Assembly: GCA_028534125.1 (NCBI GenBank)
Contig: CM052817.1
Coordinates: 45,696,001-45,760,000, forward strand
DNA from: Lama glama
Lineage: Eukaryota
DNA length: 64,000 bases
Reading direction: 5' to 3'
Part shown: one piece after another, positions 39,036 through 50,200 of the stretch
Layout: each line of letters starts with the position of its first letter
Numbering within the stretch: position 1 is the stretch's first letter
The notes under the pieces: generated by a model
Seen by the model: the letters and a program-made list of their open reading frames with translations, nothing else
What the model was told of the DNA's origin: nothing
The model's database searches: none
Position numbers and translations under genes: made by a program

Positions 39036-39311
39036 TGAGGTCCCCAAGAGAACAGACTGCATCTCATGCCTCTTGGCTTCACTCACAAAGCCTAGTGCTG
39101 GGCCTTGTATGACACACCGTGAAAGCTGAATCCAACAGAAACAAATTCTTTTCTGAATTAATAAAATAAACACAGCTATAACTAGAGGCAGGATACTGAC
39201 AATCTGTTTATGTCTCAAATAATTGAAGGGAGGACAAAGATCATTTAAGATCTCAGGAGGAAGTAGGTGCTGCCTTGCTTCTTTGTATTTGACTTTAGTT
39301 CCTTTCAAAAC

Positions 39312-39326
39312 AGAACAGCCTGTCCT
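39312..39326. promoter_or_regulatory. Candidate androgen/glucocorticoid response element
   Basis: AGAACAgccTGTCCT, 11/12 match to AGAACAnnnTGTTCT. Confidence 0.4.
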
Positions 39327-40015
39327 TATTGATCAGTCACAAGAGAAAACCACAAACAATGAAAAATCTGTCAGGTTCAGTTTCTTCAAAAGGTGATCAA
39401 GCTAATAGAGTGGCAGACTTTAAAATTTCACCATTTCATCTCTTGAACTTGATATAACCCTGTTAGATAACACCTCAACTATTTTAATTTTTAATACACA
39501 AAATGAATATTTGGGGAAGCTACTGTTTCAAAGTTAAAAGGAGTCTTTACAAATAATTTTTAGTTCATGATCCTTTTATGTACTATTTAAGATAAGGTTT
39601 AGTTTACACACCTTTCCTTAATATAATTACTGTTTACAGATAGGACTACTAGAATATTTACTGTCTCTCATTTATAGCTCTCAGTATTTATAGTGGATGT
39701 GAATGTGTTATGAAAATGCTCTCTCTTCTAAGAACAGACATCCCCATCTAACAAAGGAATAACCCCTGTGGTCTCACCCAAACTCTGGGGTCCTGTTTTC
39801 CAACCATGGCTGATTGGACGGGGGCAGGAGGTGAGGGTAGATACATGACCCAAGTCAGATCGATCAGATTCCATCCTCTAGAAAATTGTATTTGAGACTG
39901 AGACATTAGGTAGTAAGTGAGAATTAATGTTTGAATTGGGAAAAATTGGGAGGACATCTTCCCATCTGTTTAAGAAGAAAAGGAAGCCAATCGGTAGATG
40001 AAAAATAATGGAGTA

Positions 40016-40163
40016 GGGAGGGTAATAGCTCAATGGAAGAGTGTGTGCTTAGCATGTATGAGGTACTGGGTTCAATCCCGAATGCCTCCATTAAAACAAA
40101 CAAACAAACAAACCAAATTACTTCCCCCAACTATCCCCCCCCAAAAAATAAAATAAAAAATAA
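40016..40163 (+). mobile_element. tRNA-derived SINE (camelid Vic-1-like)
   Basis: gggagggtaa, A box TAGCTCAATGG (40026-40036), B box GGTTCAATCCC (40069-40079), (aaac)n, C-rich segment and A-rich tail. Confidence 0.88.
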
Positions 40164-41289
40164 TCTTAAAAAAAGTGAGTTCTTAAAAAGAAAAAGAATG
40201 AAGCAAATATGAAAGACAAATACAAATAATATTGAGCATTTAGTATATATCAGGTACGATCTTATTTAAATCTGACAGAACTCAAGTAAATTCAAGCATT
40301 TGCAGTCAAGGGAACTGAGGCAAAGATACAGTAATTGAAGTGGCCAAGCAGGGATGTGAACCCAGTTGTCTGACCCCAGAGCCCAGCTGGTTAGTGCGAC
40401 ATTCTCCTGCCAAGAAACAGCAGAGCGGGATGAGGAACCCTGAGACTCTGGAGAGCAGAGCCAGCTGGATTCCTTACGAAGAGATTTACTGGTCTTTCCT
40501 GAGAACTTGTCTATACGGTCTGCTTTTGGATATAAGGAAGACTAATTTCTTCCATTCAATTCTCTCCCTTTGCTTAAATAATTTCAGAGGTTTCAGTTAT
40601 CTGCAATGCCAAAGTCATATATAGCAGCCCTGCCCCCTCCATATACACTCATTCTCAGTCCTAGCCTTGTCACTGAAGTTCATGTATATATTTCCAGCAG
40701 CCTCCTCTGCTGTTTGTGTTCATTTTCCACACGCAGGCACGCATGCACGGCACGTCTCTGCACCTGCTTCTGCACTGTGCATAAAAATCAATTACTTGCT
40801 TGGGGAAATGTAGGGAAGATAATGCAAAGAAGGTTTGGGAGATGTCTGGGACTTCATTTAATTGGTGGGCCTGGTGAAATTATGAGGGAATATTTTATTG
40901 TGAGCTGCTGTTTATAATCTCTGCAACGAATGCTTTCAGTGTAATTAGGCAGTTTGAACATTAGCTAGAGAAGGGTAATTAAATCTGTGTTCTGCCTTCC
41001 ATACTGCAAAGGAACCATTCAAAACAACTGGGAAAGGTAAAACTTAGCCAAATCTATTTTTTTTTCCAAGAAAGTTTCTGGCAAACTTTTGCTGGCATCT
41101 AGACACATGTAAATCTTCAAATGGGTTGTGCATGGCAAGCGCCATACATTACCAAAATGCCATCTTTCAGCGTTACTGTTATTTAAGAAGGCAAGACAAT
41201 AAATTATTTTATCAGGTATGTAATTTCAGGCCAGTTTTTGTGGTTCTTGGCTTCCTGCCGAATGAATAAGGCGATTGTACATCATTTAG

Positions 41290-41485
41290 ACCCTGCATTC
41301 AGACAGATCTGGGTTCAATCACTGCTCACTATCTACAAGCTCTGCAACCTATAGGCAAGTCACTTTTGATCTTGGGGAGGTTAGTTTGTTACTTTTCTTC
41401 CTCTGAGCCTCAGTTTCTTCATCTGTAAAATGGGATAAGAATGGTGTCTACTTCACAGGATTGTGGTGAGGATGATAGGGACAAT
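41290..41485 (+). mobile_element. MIR SINE
   Basis: cagacagatctgggttcaatc...ctctgagcctcagtttcttcatctgtaaaatgggataagaat...ggattgtggtgaggat. Confidence 0.88.
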
Positions 41486-41955
41486 CTATCGTTGGGAAAG
41501 CAGCCAGCCCAGGGCCCAAACATCTGCACACTTCTTTGCAGAGTATGCCAAGTGGCAAGCCCTCATGGCCCTCTGACACTGAGCCATTTCTGGAACAAGT
41601 CATGTAGCCAATTAAGTGGGTCAAAGTGACACAGAGTGACTACCCTCTGGCCACTGGCTCCCTGGCTTGTTCACTGCTAGAAAGATGCTGAGCTCTGGGT
41701 CCCAAATTCCTCAGCTGTAGCACAACTGCCTGCATTGGGGCCATCTGGACCCACTGTGTCATGCAGAATTTAGGGGCAGAGGATCTGACACTGCCAAGTG
41801 ATGCTCCTGCTGTTTGCTGTGCTGGAAATTGAAATTGTCTTGCTCTTAACTATTGAGTCTAATTGTCTTCTTTCAGCAACGTGGAGTTTTCAGCAACTGA
41901 CTCATGTCTTTTGGATCTTTTTTGGAGTCTTGTTACCTCTTGCCATCCTGTCTGA

Positions 41956-42135
41956 CAGAAGTTAGCAAATTTTTGCTGTAGGGACCAGATAGTACACATT
42001 TTAGGCTTTGGGGCCATAGATCTTCTCTACTGTGTATTTTTCTCTGTGTACTTCATTCTTTAACAACCTTTTAAAGATGTAAAAACCACTTTAAATTCAC
42101 AGGTTGAGAAAAAAACAGGCTGAAGGTAGGATATG
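41956..42135 (+). mobile_element. hAT-Charlie DNA transposon remnant (MER58-like)
   Basis: cagaagttagcaaatttttgctgtagggaccagatagtacacattttaggctttggggccata. Confidence 0.65.
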
Positions 42136-42233
42136 ATCTCACTCACATGAGGCTGGGGTTCTTCCTTGATATCCACAGAAATCACTTAAAACAGCATGTT
42201 CTCAATTAGTGAAAATTCAAGAAATGTTAGCTA

Positions 42234-42390
42234 AGGGAACTATATTTGTTTTCTTGTAATAACATATAATGGAAAATAACCTGAAAAGAAAAAAATATGT
42301 ATGTATGTATACATATAACTGAATCACTTTCCGTATACCTGAAACTAACATTGTAAATCAACTGCACTTCAATAAAAATTTTTTTTAAAA
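42234..42390 (+). mobile_element. Short 5'-truncated L1 3' end
   Basis: Highly similar to the 12.6-kb copy. TSD aagaaatgttagcta (42219-42233) / aagaaatgttatcta (42391-42405). Confidence 0.92.
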
Positions 42391-44239
42391 AAGAAATGTT
42401 ATCTATTCTTACACTAATGTTTTCTGTTTGTTAAGCTCTAAACCTAAGGCAATCCTGTTAGGACTCAAAATAATGTTCCTAGATAGTGCGGAGAACTTTC
42501 TGGTATACATATAACACACAGTTACTAGTTCTTTCCATTCCCATTCCCCTGGGAACAGGACAGGTCCTTATGTTAGGCTTCCCATTGTGGTGCCTAGAAA
42601 AAGCTACAGGTGTGTATACAGACATTGAACCCCTCAACCTTCAGGGCGCCTGAGCAGCTGGCCCTGTGCACCGTCCTTTACTTACCCTAAAGTGCTGTGC
42701 AAATGTTACCATTTTCCATGTGCACCAAGGCATGCCAAAGGTTGTCAAGCCCCGCCACGAATCATTAAGCTATTGTTTCACAAAGTACAGCTTTGGTGCA
42801 CAGCATAAGGAGGCTTTACATGCTCAGAGCACTACTTTCAGCCAGAGTGTAAGAGGCATGGCACCCGGAGAGGCTCACAGATCCCTTCACTGATCCTAGG
42901 TGACTGCGGTGTGGTTTCTCCAACAGGACAGGTGATGAAAATAAGTCACAGTTACTGGTTAACTCTTAATGGTCCAGACAGCCTCTGAGGAGAAGGATGA
43001 ACAAAAATAGCCAGGAAGCCATCAGTGACATCAAGAATAAAGGCAATGGGACAGGCCCTAGAGGACTGCTGAATTGGAAGGTGAAAAGTTAAGGGGGAAA
43101 GGGTGGCCAAAGGGAACTAATGGTTCAGCCTGTCCACAAATTTCTAGGCACTGATTCTGGTTAAAAAGGCAAAATTTTAGATGCCAAATTGAAAAAAAAA
43201 ATTGAAGAGAGGAGGAAAGGTAGTGGAAGATGGAAATAATGAGAGGGGAGGAGGGCCAGGAAACCGAAAAGAAGGGGCTGTGGGCTGCAGAAGTTGCACA
43301 GGAGGGTAGGGACACTGACGAGGTAACATAGGTCAAGGCCTATCATGGTGCCTGCAGAGCCAGGTTTCAGGATGGGAGGATAGATTTCTACTGGCATCTA
43401 ATGGCTGGACCACACCAGCATCCCACAGCATCACTACATCACTGAAGTTCTGTAATAACAACATCAAGTCACCTAGAGATGCAAGAATAATGCACAGTCT
43501 GTTTTGTTTTTTGAGTCAGGAAAATATACATTTCAGAAAGATTTCCCTTAAAAAATAGTTAGGAGTTAACATTTCAAAAACTGCTTCCACAAAAGGAGAG
43601 AGATTTTAGTATTCTGAAATTCATCCCTAAACCATATTCAGTGACAAAACCACAGTCTCTCACGAATCTCATCATGTGTGAAGGGTGGAGGAGATCAATA
43701 CTCCAGATTAACCTTTCCTGGTCCTGAACTGTAGCTGGCTCCTCTGGTTCTGCATCTGACTGAGCGTAAGATTCTGAGTTATCATTGTAGATACACAACA
43801 GTATCTGATCCCTGGAACAATTTTTTTTTTATGATTTTGATGAGGTAGGGCAGTGGAAATCTGATTTTTTTTTCTGTTCAAGTGTTAATGGAAAAGTAAG
43901 GAAAGATGCATGAGGCTAACAAGCCTATTTTATGGGGTCAGAGACCAGAATCCTCTGAACAGTGGGCTGATTGACTCAAGGGGTGGTAATGATTTCCTGT
44001 ACAGAAAGAATTAGAATGAAAAAGTGTACGTGTCTTGGAATAATGGCAACTTAATTCAGGCATATCACTGGGGATTTGCTTTAAAATTTTTTCTTTGAAA
44101 GCTCGACTAAACATTTCAGAAAATGTTCCTGAAAGAAGTGTTTCTGAATGTTGTCTTGGAAATGGAAGGCCATTGCCTCTGGAGTAAGTGCACATTCACC
44201 AGTGGTGGCCATGTTTCAAGCCTTATCCGAGCATCAGCA

Positions 44240-44410
44240 ACTTTATTTGAAAAATACACCCATGCACTAAGGTTGAACAGTGGTGGTCTCTGGATGGTTA
44301 GAAGAGGAAGTGCTTTTTTTTTTTAAGTTTGCTTGTCAGAATTTTCTAATTTTCTACAATGCATATATATTGCAACTGTCATAATGCAAAACTCATTAAA
44401 ATGAAAAAAA
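44240..44410 (+). mobile_element. Ancient L1ME-like 3' tail
   Basis: gttgaacagtggtggtctctggatgg...ttttctaattttctacaatgcatatatattg...ataat. Confidence 0.55.
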
Positions 44411-44560
44411 TAGAAAACTATACCCTGGCCATTGTGGAAGGGTTCATTACACAGAGGTAGGTGTACAATTTGCCTGCCTCTCCTAACCAGATTAACCTAA
44501 TTAATACAATGCATGGAGTCAAAAGTGACTCAATACCAGCATTTTACAAACTTCTCTGGT
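44318..44560 (+). repeat. Left arm of ~240-bp inverted duplication
   Basis: Reverse-complement match to 45669-45910; 44475-44511 pairs perfectly with 45718-45754. Confidence 0.93.
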
Positions 44561-45668
44561 TGTATGTAGATGTCCGTAAAATGTCTGGGAAATTTCCAAA
44601 CTTAGTAAGGGAAATTCTTCCCCTTGGATTCACAGACACACTCCTGTCTTTCAGTTACCCCAAAGTTCACAAAGTGGATCAAGGAAACAGAGATCACTGA
44701 AGCACTGCTGGTTGGAGATTTATGTCCCATGTTTTTGTTTTGTTTTGTTTTGTTTTGCTTTGCTTTCCAGAAACAAAACCAAAATCACAATCTAGCATGA
44801 TTGGGAAATCTAAAACTCTCATTAACTACATTGTCTGCTTATGTCCAATTAGAGCTCATTTAACGCTAAAGCTAGGCTAAAGATGCTTTTGAAAACAATG
44901 ACGTAGAAATTTAAAGCATCTAATAGAGGCTGCAATCGATCAAGAATTGGATGCCATGATCCTACCTGTCCTAGTTTTCAGAGGCTGCATTGACATTTAA
45001 AGGCTGGAGTAGGGAAGGAGAAATGGGCAAACCATCTCATCAGGGACATGTGATGACAGCTTCAGCTTTCAGAGTAAGGAAGTGCTGGACACAGTCTTAC
45101 TGGCACAGTGGAGTGGGGTGTCTGCAGCATCCAGTGCTGCCCCTCAAAGTTATCCCCTCAAATTTTAAGAGATCACAATGACATTTGCCTCCACATTCAT
45201 CTTTCTCTACCATGGTTGCAACCACTTCCACATTCTATGCTAATTGACCAGAATGAAAAATGCAAATATGCTAGCAGGCTCGCATGGCCAATAAAAGACT
45301 GATCTGTCTCCACCTCTCCTGAACTTGAATGAGCAGAACCATAATGGCAGAACTCCTCTGGAAACCAATTCATCCTGTGTGAATGTCTTCTGTTGTCACC
45401 TGTCTTAGGGGCGGCCACTGCAGAGTTTATTTACTGTCAGCTCAGAAGTTACAGCAGTAGCCAGATGCTTTTCCTGTGATCTCTTTCAAGCCTCAACTTA
45501 ACTATATTTCTCTGTATGATGTTATCTCCTTTATTGGCTCCTTTATACAGATGATTCATACATCTGTATATGTAAGAGCTGTTAATTAAAGTATCTTTAT
45601 TAAAACTACACTTTGTAAGAATGTTGTCATTGCTAAAATGCATGTCATTAAAAATGAAAAAATAAAAG

Positions 45669-45910
45669 ACCAAGAAAGTCTGTAAAATACTGATATCAAG
45701 TCACCTTTGATGCCATTCATTGTATTAATTAGGTTAATCTGGTTAGGAGAGGCAAATGCATTGTATACCAGCCTCTGTGTAATGAATCCTCCCATGATGG
45801 CTTGGGTATAGTCGTCTTTTTTTTTTTTATAAATGAGCTTTGCATTATTACAGTTGCAATACATGTATATTGTAGAAAATTAGAAAATTCAGACAAATAA
45901 ATTAAAAAAA
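45669..45910 (-). repeat. Right arm of ~240-bp inverted duplication
   Basis: See left arm. The shared peptide ASPNQINLINTM appears in opposite-strand ORFs 44461+ and 45864-. Confidence 0.93.
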
Positions 45911-46744
45911 ATAACAACTTGCTCTTAAAGAAATATGGAAGTCTAAAACTCTGGACAGGACTTCTTGGTGTGACTCAGCAGTTCCCAGTAGCCCATCCCT
46001 GCAGCGTGTCTTTGCTATGTCAGGAGGGAGCTGGGGTTCCAGTGTCTTGAAACCTGAGGGAGGTGGCCTGGGTTCCCTTGGCCAACACCTTGGGAACTTG
46101 TGTTAGGGAGGAAAAGAACCTTCAGAGTGTGGACAGTACAGGTTTCCTACACCTGGAAAATGTATATCTAACTTAGGCCAGCTAGAGGCTTGTGACACTG
46201 TAAGGGTCCAGGGGGAGAATCTGAGGCTATCCGGCCCTTCAGGGCGGGATTTGATCTTCAGCTTGTGCTCCCTTCCAGGACTCAGATGCAGATGAGCAGA
46301 GCTGACTCCCCAGGGGCCTCCAGAAGAGACCATGTCCCCAGCTCTCCCCTGGGATGGTGATTTAACACTGGGGAAGTGCCTTGGTTGTTTTCAGGGTGAT
46401 GAGGTCTTTGGGGGGGAAACAGAAGTATTTTATATGCTGGGATCATTAACTCTTTTAAACTCTTTAAAACTCTGTTCATAGTTATTGGGAAAAAATGTTA
46501 CTCCTCTCCACATATATTTTTCCAGCATCGCCTCAGTGGCAGGTTTTGCTAATTTTTCTCTTTTAAGTTTATGCTACCTGCAATGTGTACCACTGAGAAA
46601 ACACCCTGAATTTTATACTTTGCTGACTGCAAAACAAAAATCAAGATCAAAATCCAAGCCAACACAGTCATAAACAAGCCTTTGAAAAGCAATGGGGAAG
46701 TGGGGAAGAAGGGGTAAATTTAAATACTACTGTGTGGTGAGGAC

Positions 46745-46930
46745 GGTAGTAGGTACTTTTGTGTGTTATTAATCTCCAAATAACCCTGCAGGGTGTTACA
46801 GTCTCCTTGTTTACAAGTGAGGAAAATGAGGCTCAGAGAAATTAAGGTCACAGAGCAGATAAGGGGCAGAGCTGATGTTTTCAACTGCCACCTGCTTGAA
46901 ATCAAAGCCCATGTTTTCTCCATTGCCCTG
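46745..46930 (-). mobile_element. MIR SINE
   Basis: tttacaagtgaggaaaatgaggctcagagaaattaaggtcacagagc. Confidence 0.75.
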
Positions 46931-47029
46931 CCCCAGCTTCCAGATGTCCTCAACCCTCTTATACCAGAACTGTAAATGTGCATTTCATGTCACTGCCTGG
47001 AAACCTGGGACATCAACAAGATGACATCA

Positions 47030-47274
47030 TCAGTTATGCATATTGATGTATTCTTTTCCATTATAGGTTATTACAAGGTATTGAATACAGTTTCCTCTGC
47101 TATACAGTAGGAGCTTGTTGTTTATCTATTTTATATACGGTAGTTTGTATCTGCGAATCCCAAATTCTTAATTTATCTCTCCCCCTCCCCGTTGATAATC
47201 GTAAGTTTGTTTTCTATGCTGTACATCAGAAATTAACACAACATTGTAAATCAACTATACTTCATTTAAAAAAA
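47030..47274 (+). mobile_element. 5'-inverted (twin-primed) L1 3' end
   Basis: 47030-47216 is antisense L1 tail and 47217-47274 is sense tail plus poly-A. TSD aagatgacatca (47018-47029) / aagatgatatca (47275-47286). Confidence 0.88.
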
Positions 47275-50200
47275 AAGATGATATCACATTGAAAATAAAA
47301 TGGCTCAAATTGACCTGTGTTACTTTCTTAGGGTCTCTGCAATCAGAACAAGAACTCATAGAGTACTACTTTGTGTATTTACCAAAACAGGTTCCCCAAG
47401 GGCGTGAAAGTAAAAGACAGGTCCCCTAAATATAACTCTTGATTCAAGAAGCTATTTACAGCGGAATGTCAGAGCTCGCCTGATGTGACTGAAAAGCTGC
47501 CCTAAAAACATGGTGAGGACATTCAGATTCAGCTCTGGATGTTTACCAACGCAAAGATTTCAGAAAGGTTTTAAGTGAGATTTGTACTTCTTTCTGAAGT
47601 TATCTTACTGTTCTGAAACAGACACATGCAGGCAACTCGATACTAATTGGGCTAAATGGAGCATTCTGAGAGACACACACACGGGGGTTTCAAAAGTAGG
47701 TAAGAAAATATGTTTGAAGGGGAAAGATCATCATGCGCTTTAAGTTTTGTTTTTGTTTATGTTGTAAAAAACAAAACAAAACCAACTCAATATTTAGGAC
47801 AAAAAGCAGGGATGCCTAATAGTGGAACAAGATCTTGCAGAGGATGGAGCGGTTCCAGGGCCACATGGTACTGCCTTCAGTCCATCCTCCTTCCATCTCT
47901 GCAGGTCCTCGAAGTGGGAGTGGGGGTTCTGCAGACAGCTCTGCTCCTCTGGGAATGACTCAGGATGGTCCCTGATCCCCCCACACCCCTGCCCCCATGC
48001 CCTACTCAGAGGCAGGGACATGAATCTTATCAGTGCCCCAGCTCACCCCTGCACAACCCCATCCAGGCCTCCCCTGCCGGTTACCCTGAGGAGCAGTCTG
48101 TGAATAAAGAAGCATCTCTGACATTAAATCCTACGTCCTTGGCCATCCTGTGGCCTGGTAGAGACTGGCACCATCCTGCTAATCCATGCTGCAGGAAGAC
48201 TGTGTTCCTCCACTTTGGATGCCTCAGAAACCTTTCGGGCTTTCTCCTGGAAAGAAGAGTCTAGAACAGGCTGGGAAAAGGTGGGATAGGTCATTCAAAA
48301 GTTAGGCCAGGTCCTCATTAACCCTATAAGCAGAGGAAGCCACGGAATGGACAATTCAGCAGAGCAAAGCAGAACTCAGAGCCTCAGAGCTCGCCCCACC
48401 CAATCGCTTCATTTTCAGAAGAGCAAACCCAGCCCAGAAACCTGACCTCAAAGGTAGTGATTATCAGATGTGCAGTTATTTAATGCACCACTCAGAGAGG
48501 AGAAATGCTGCCGAAAAACTAAGATAGGCCGTCAGTTGTGAGGCATCCCACTTTCAGAGGTGGTAAATGTAAAGAAAAAAAAGGAGTGTCTTAGAACTGA
48601 TGAGCTGTCCTAAATCGCTTGCCCCTAATCACTCAGAATTCAGTCTTTAGGGCTCTTTTTTTTTTCCCTCCACTACACTCTATGGCTGCTCTCATGGATG
48701 AAACACCTAAAGCTCAGAGCCTAGGTGATTTACCTAAAGTCACTGCACGAAGAAGGAGAGAGGCAGGACTCAAACTAGACCTGAGACTCCTTCAGGATGG
48801 CTTCCATGACTCTATGGGGGCTCTCACTCCGAGATATTCATCTCTGCCTCTGGAAAACAGAACTGAATTTGTCTGCAGAACATTTGGCTCCTGATGAGAT
48901 TTGGCTTCCAATAAGATCAAAATTAATGAACGGCTGCCTTGAACAAATGCAGAGAGGTTGAGAGCAACCTGGGTGTGCGCTTGTCAGGGGAGAAGACAGC
49001 ATCTCTGGATTTATAATGTGCTCAGGAAAATCTATAAAGTAGGTAATCCACAGGCCCAGCAATTATAGAGCCACTTCTGGCAGTGAGATTTGGTGTTTTA
49101 CTAGATATTACTGGAATATGGGAGAAGGGTGAGAACAATTTTATTTTCCATAGGCCTAGCCCTTCCCTCCGCCCCCAAGCCTGCATGCTAAGATTTCCCA
49201 CAAGTCCTGTGCCAACGACTAAGCCTTGCCGTGCTTGTCACTAAACACTCTGGGGGCTGACATGTGAACTCTCCAGACCCAGGTGGCCCAGAACCCTCTC
49301 TGACTTAAGAAGAGGGACAAGGCCACACAAGATGACAGCCCCCTCTCAGTGCCTTCTCTGGCCATGCTGGCATCAAAGCACAAATTAGGCTTGGAAGAGT
49401 ATGATCTGGAATGTCTCATCTGGCTGGTGCCCCAGGAACCCCAGACACTGTGTACCTCCTGTTCACACACTGTCACTTCTGAGTTAAGCTTAGGGAGGCA
49501 CAGCCTCTAATTCCTCATATGGGGACATGCTTCTTTCAACTCAGAGTGTTCTGACACCCAGATTATAGGTGAGCCTGGAGCTGGGCTGGTCATCTGGTGC
49601 CAACTGCCTTGATTTTGATTCTGATTGCTACCAGATATTGCATGTGCCAATGACTTGGATAATAAAAAAGTCTACAACCAGACTCACTCAGCCCCTGTAA
49701 GGCACCCTAGGAGCTCAGCCCATGGATTGTCTCAAGATAAGGGTATGGCATGCAATGATCTCAAAAACAGAGGGAAACAAAAATCTTGCAGCTCCCTGGC
49801 CATTCTCTGATAACCTGATAGCAAGGTGTTGGGAGCGCCCAAAAGAGAAGGTTGCTGGAGGAGGAACAAAGGCACAGCCTTCTCAGGAGGTGTTCGGTTC
49901 CATCACACCACTGCTTTTACTTTTGTTTTCCCAGCCTCATGAAGAAAGGTGACACTCTCTGAGCTGTGCCTTCAAACAAGTTGTGGAGAAAATGTATCAC
50001 TGCTCTTGAGACACTGCTTCCAGAAGCAAGATGGGCACTTAAGCTCTGGTGATGAAATGGGAGCCTGCCTTCCCTCTGTCTGCCGCTGGCTGTGGAGGAC
50101 CACTATGTGAGTCTAGAAGGTGAGACACATGCACTAGGCTGGGGGAGACGGGGTGGCCACTGCCTGCTGATGTGGTGCCTGCCAGCCAGCAACCCAGCTG

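Noticed and set aside
40016..40090. Possible tRNA gene
   Set aside because: No convincing cloverleaf acceptor stem; followed by a SINE-type tail.
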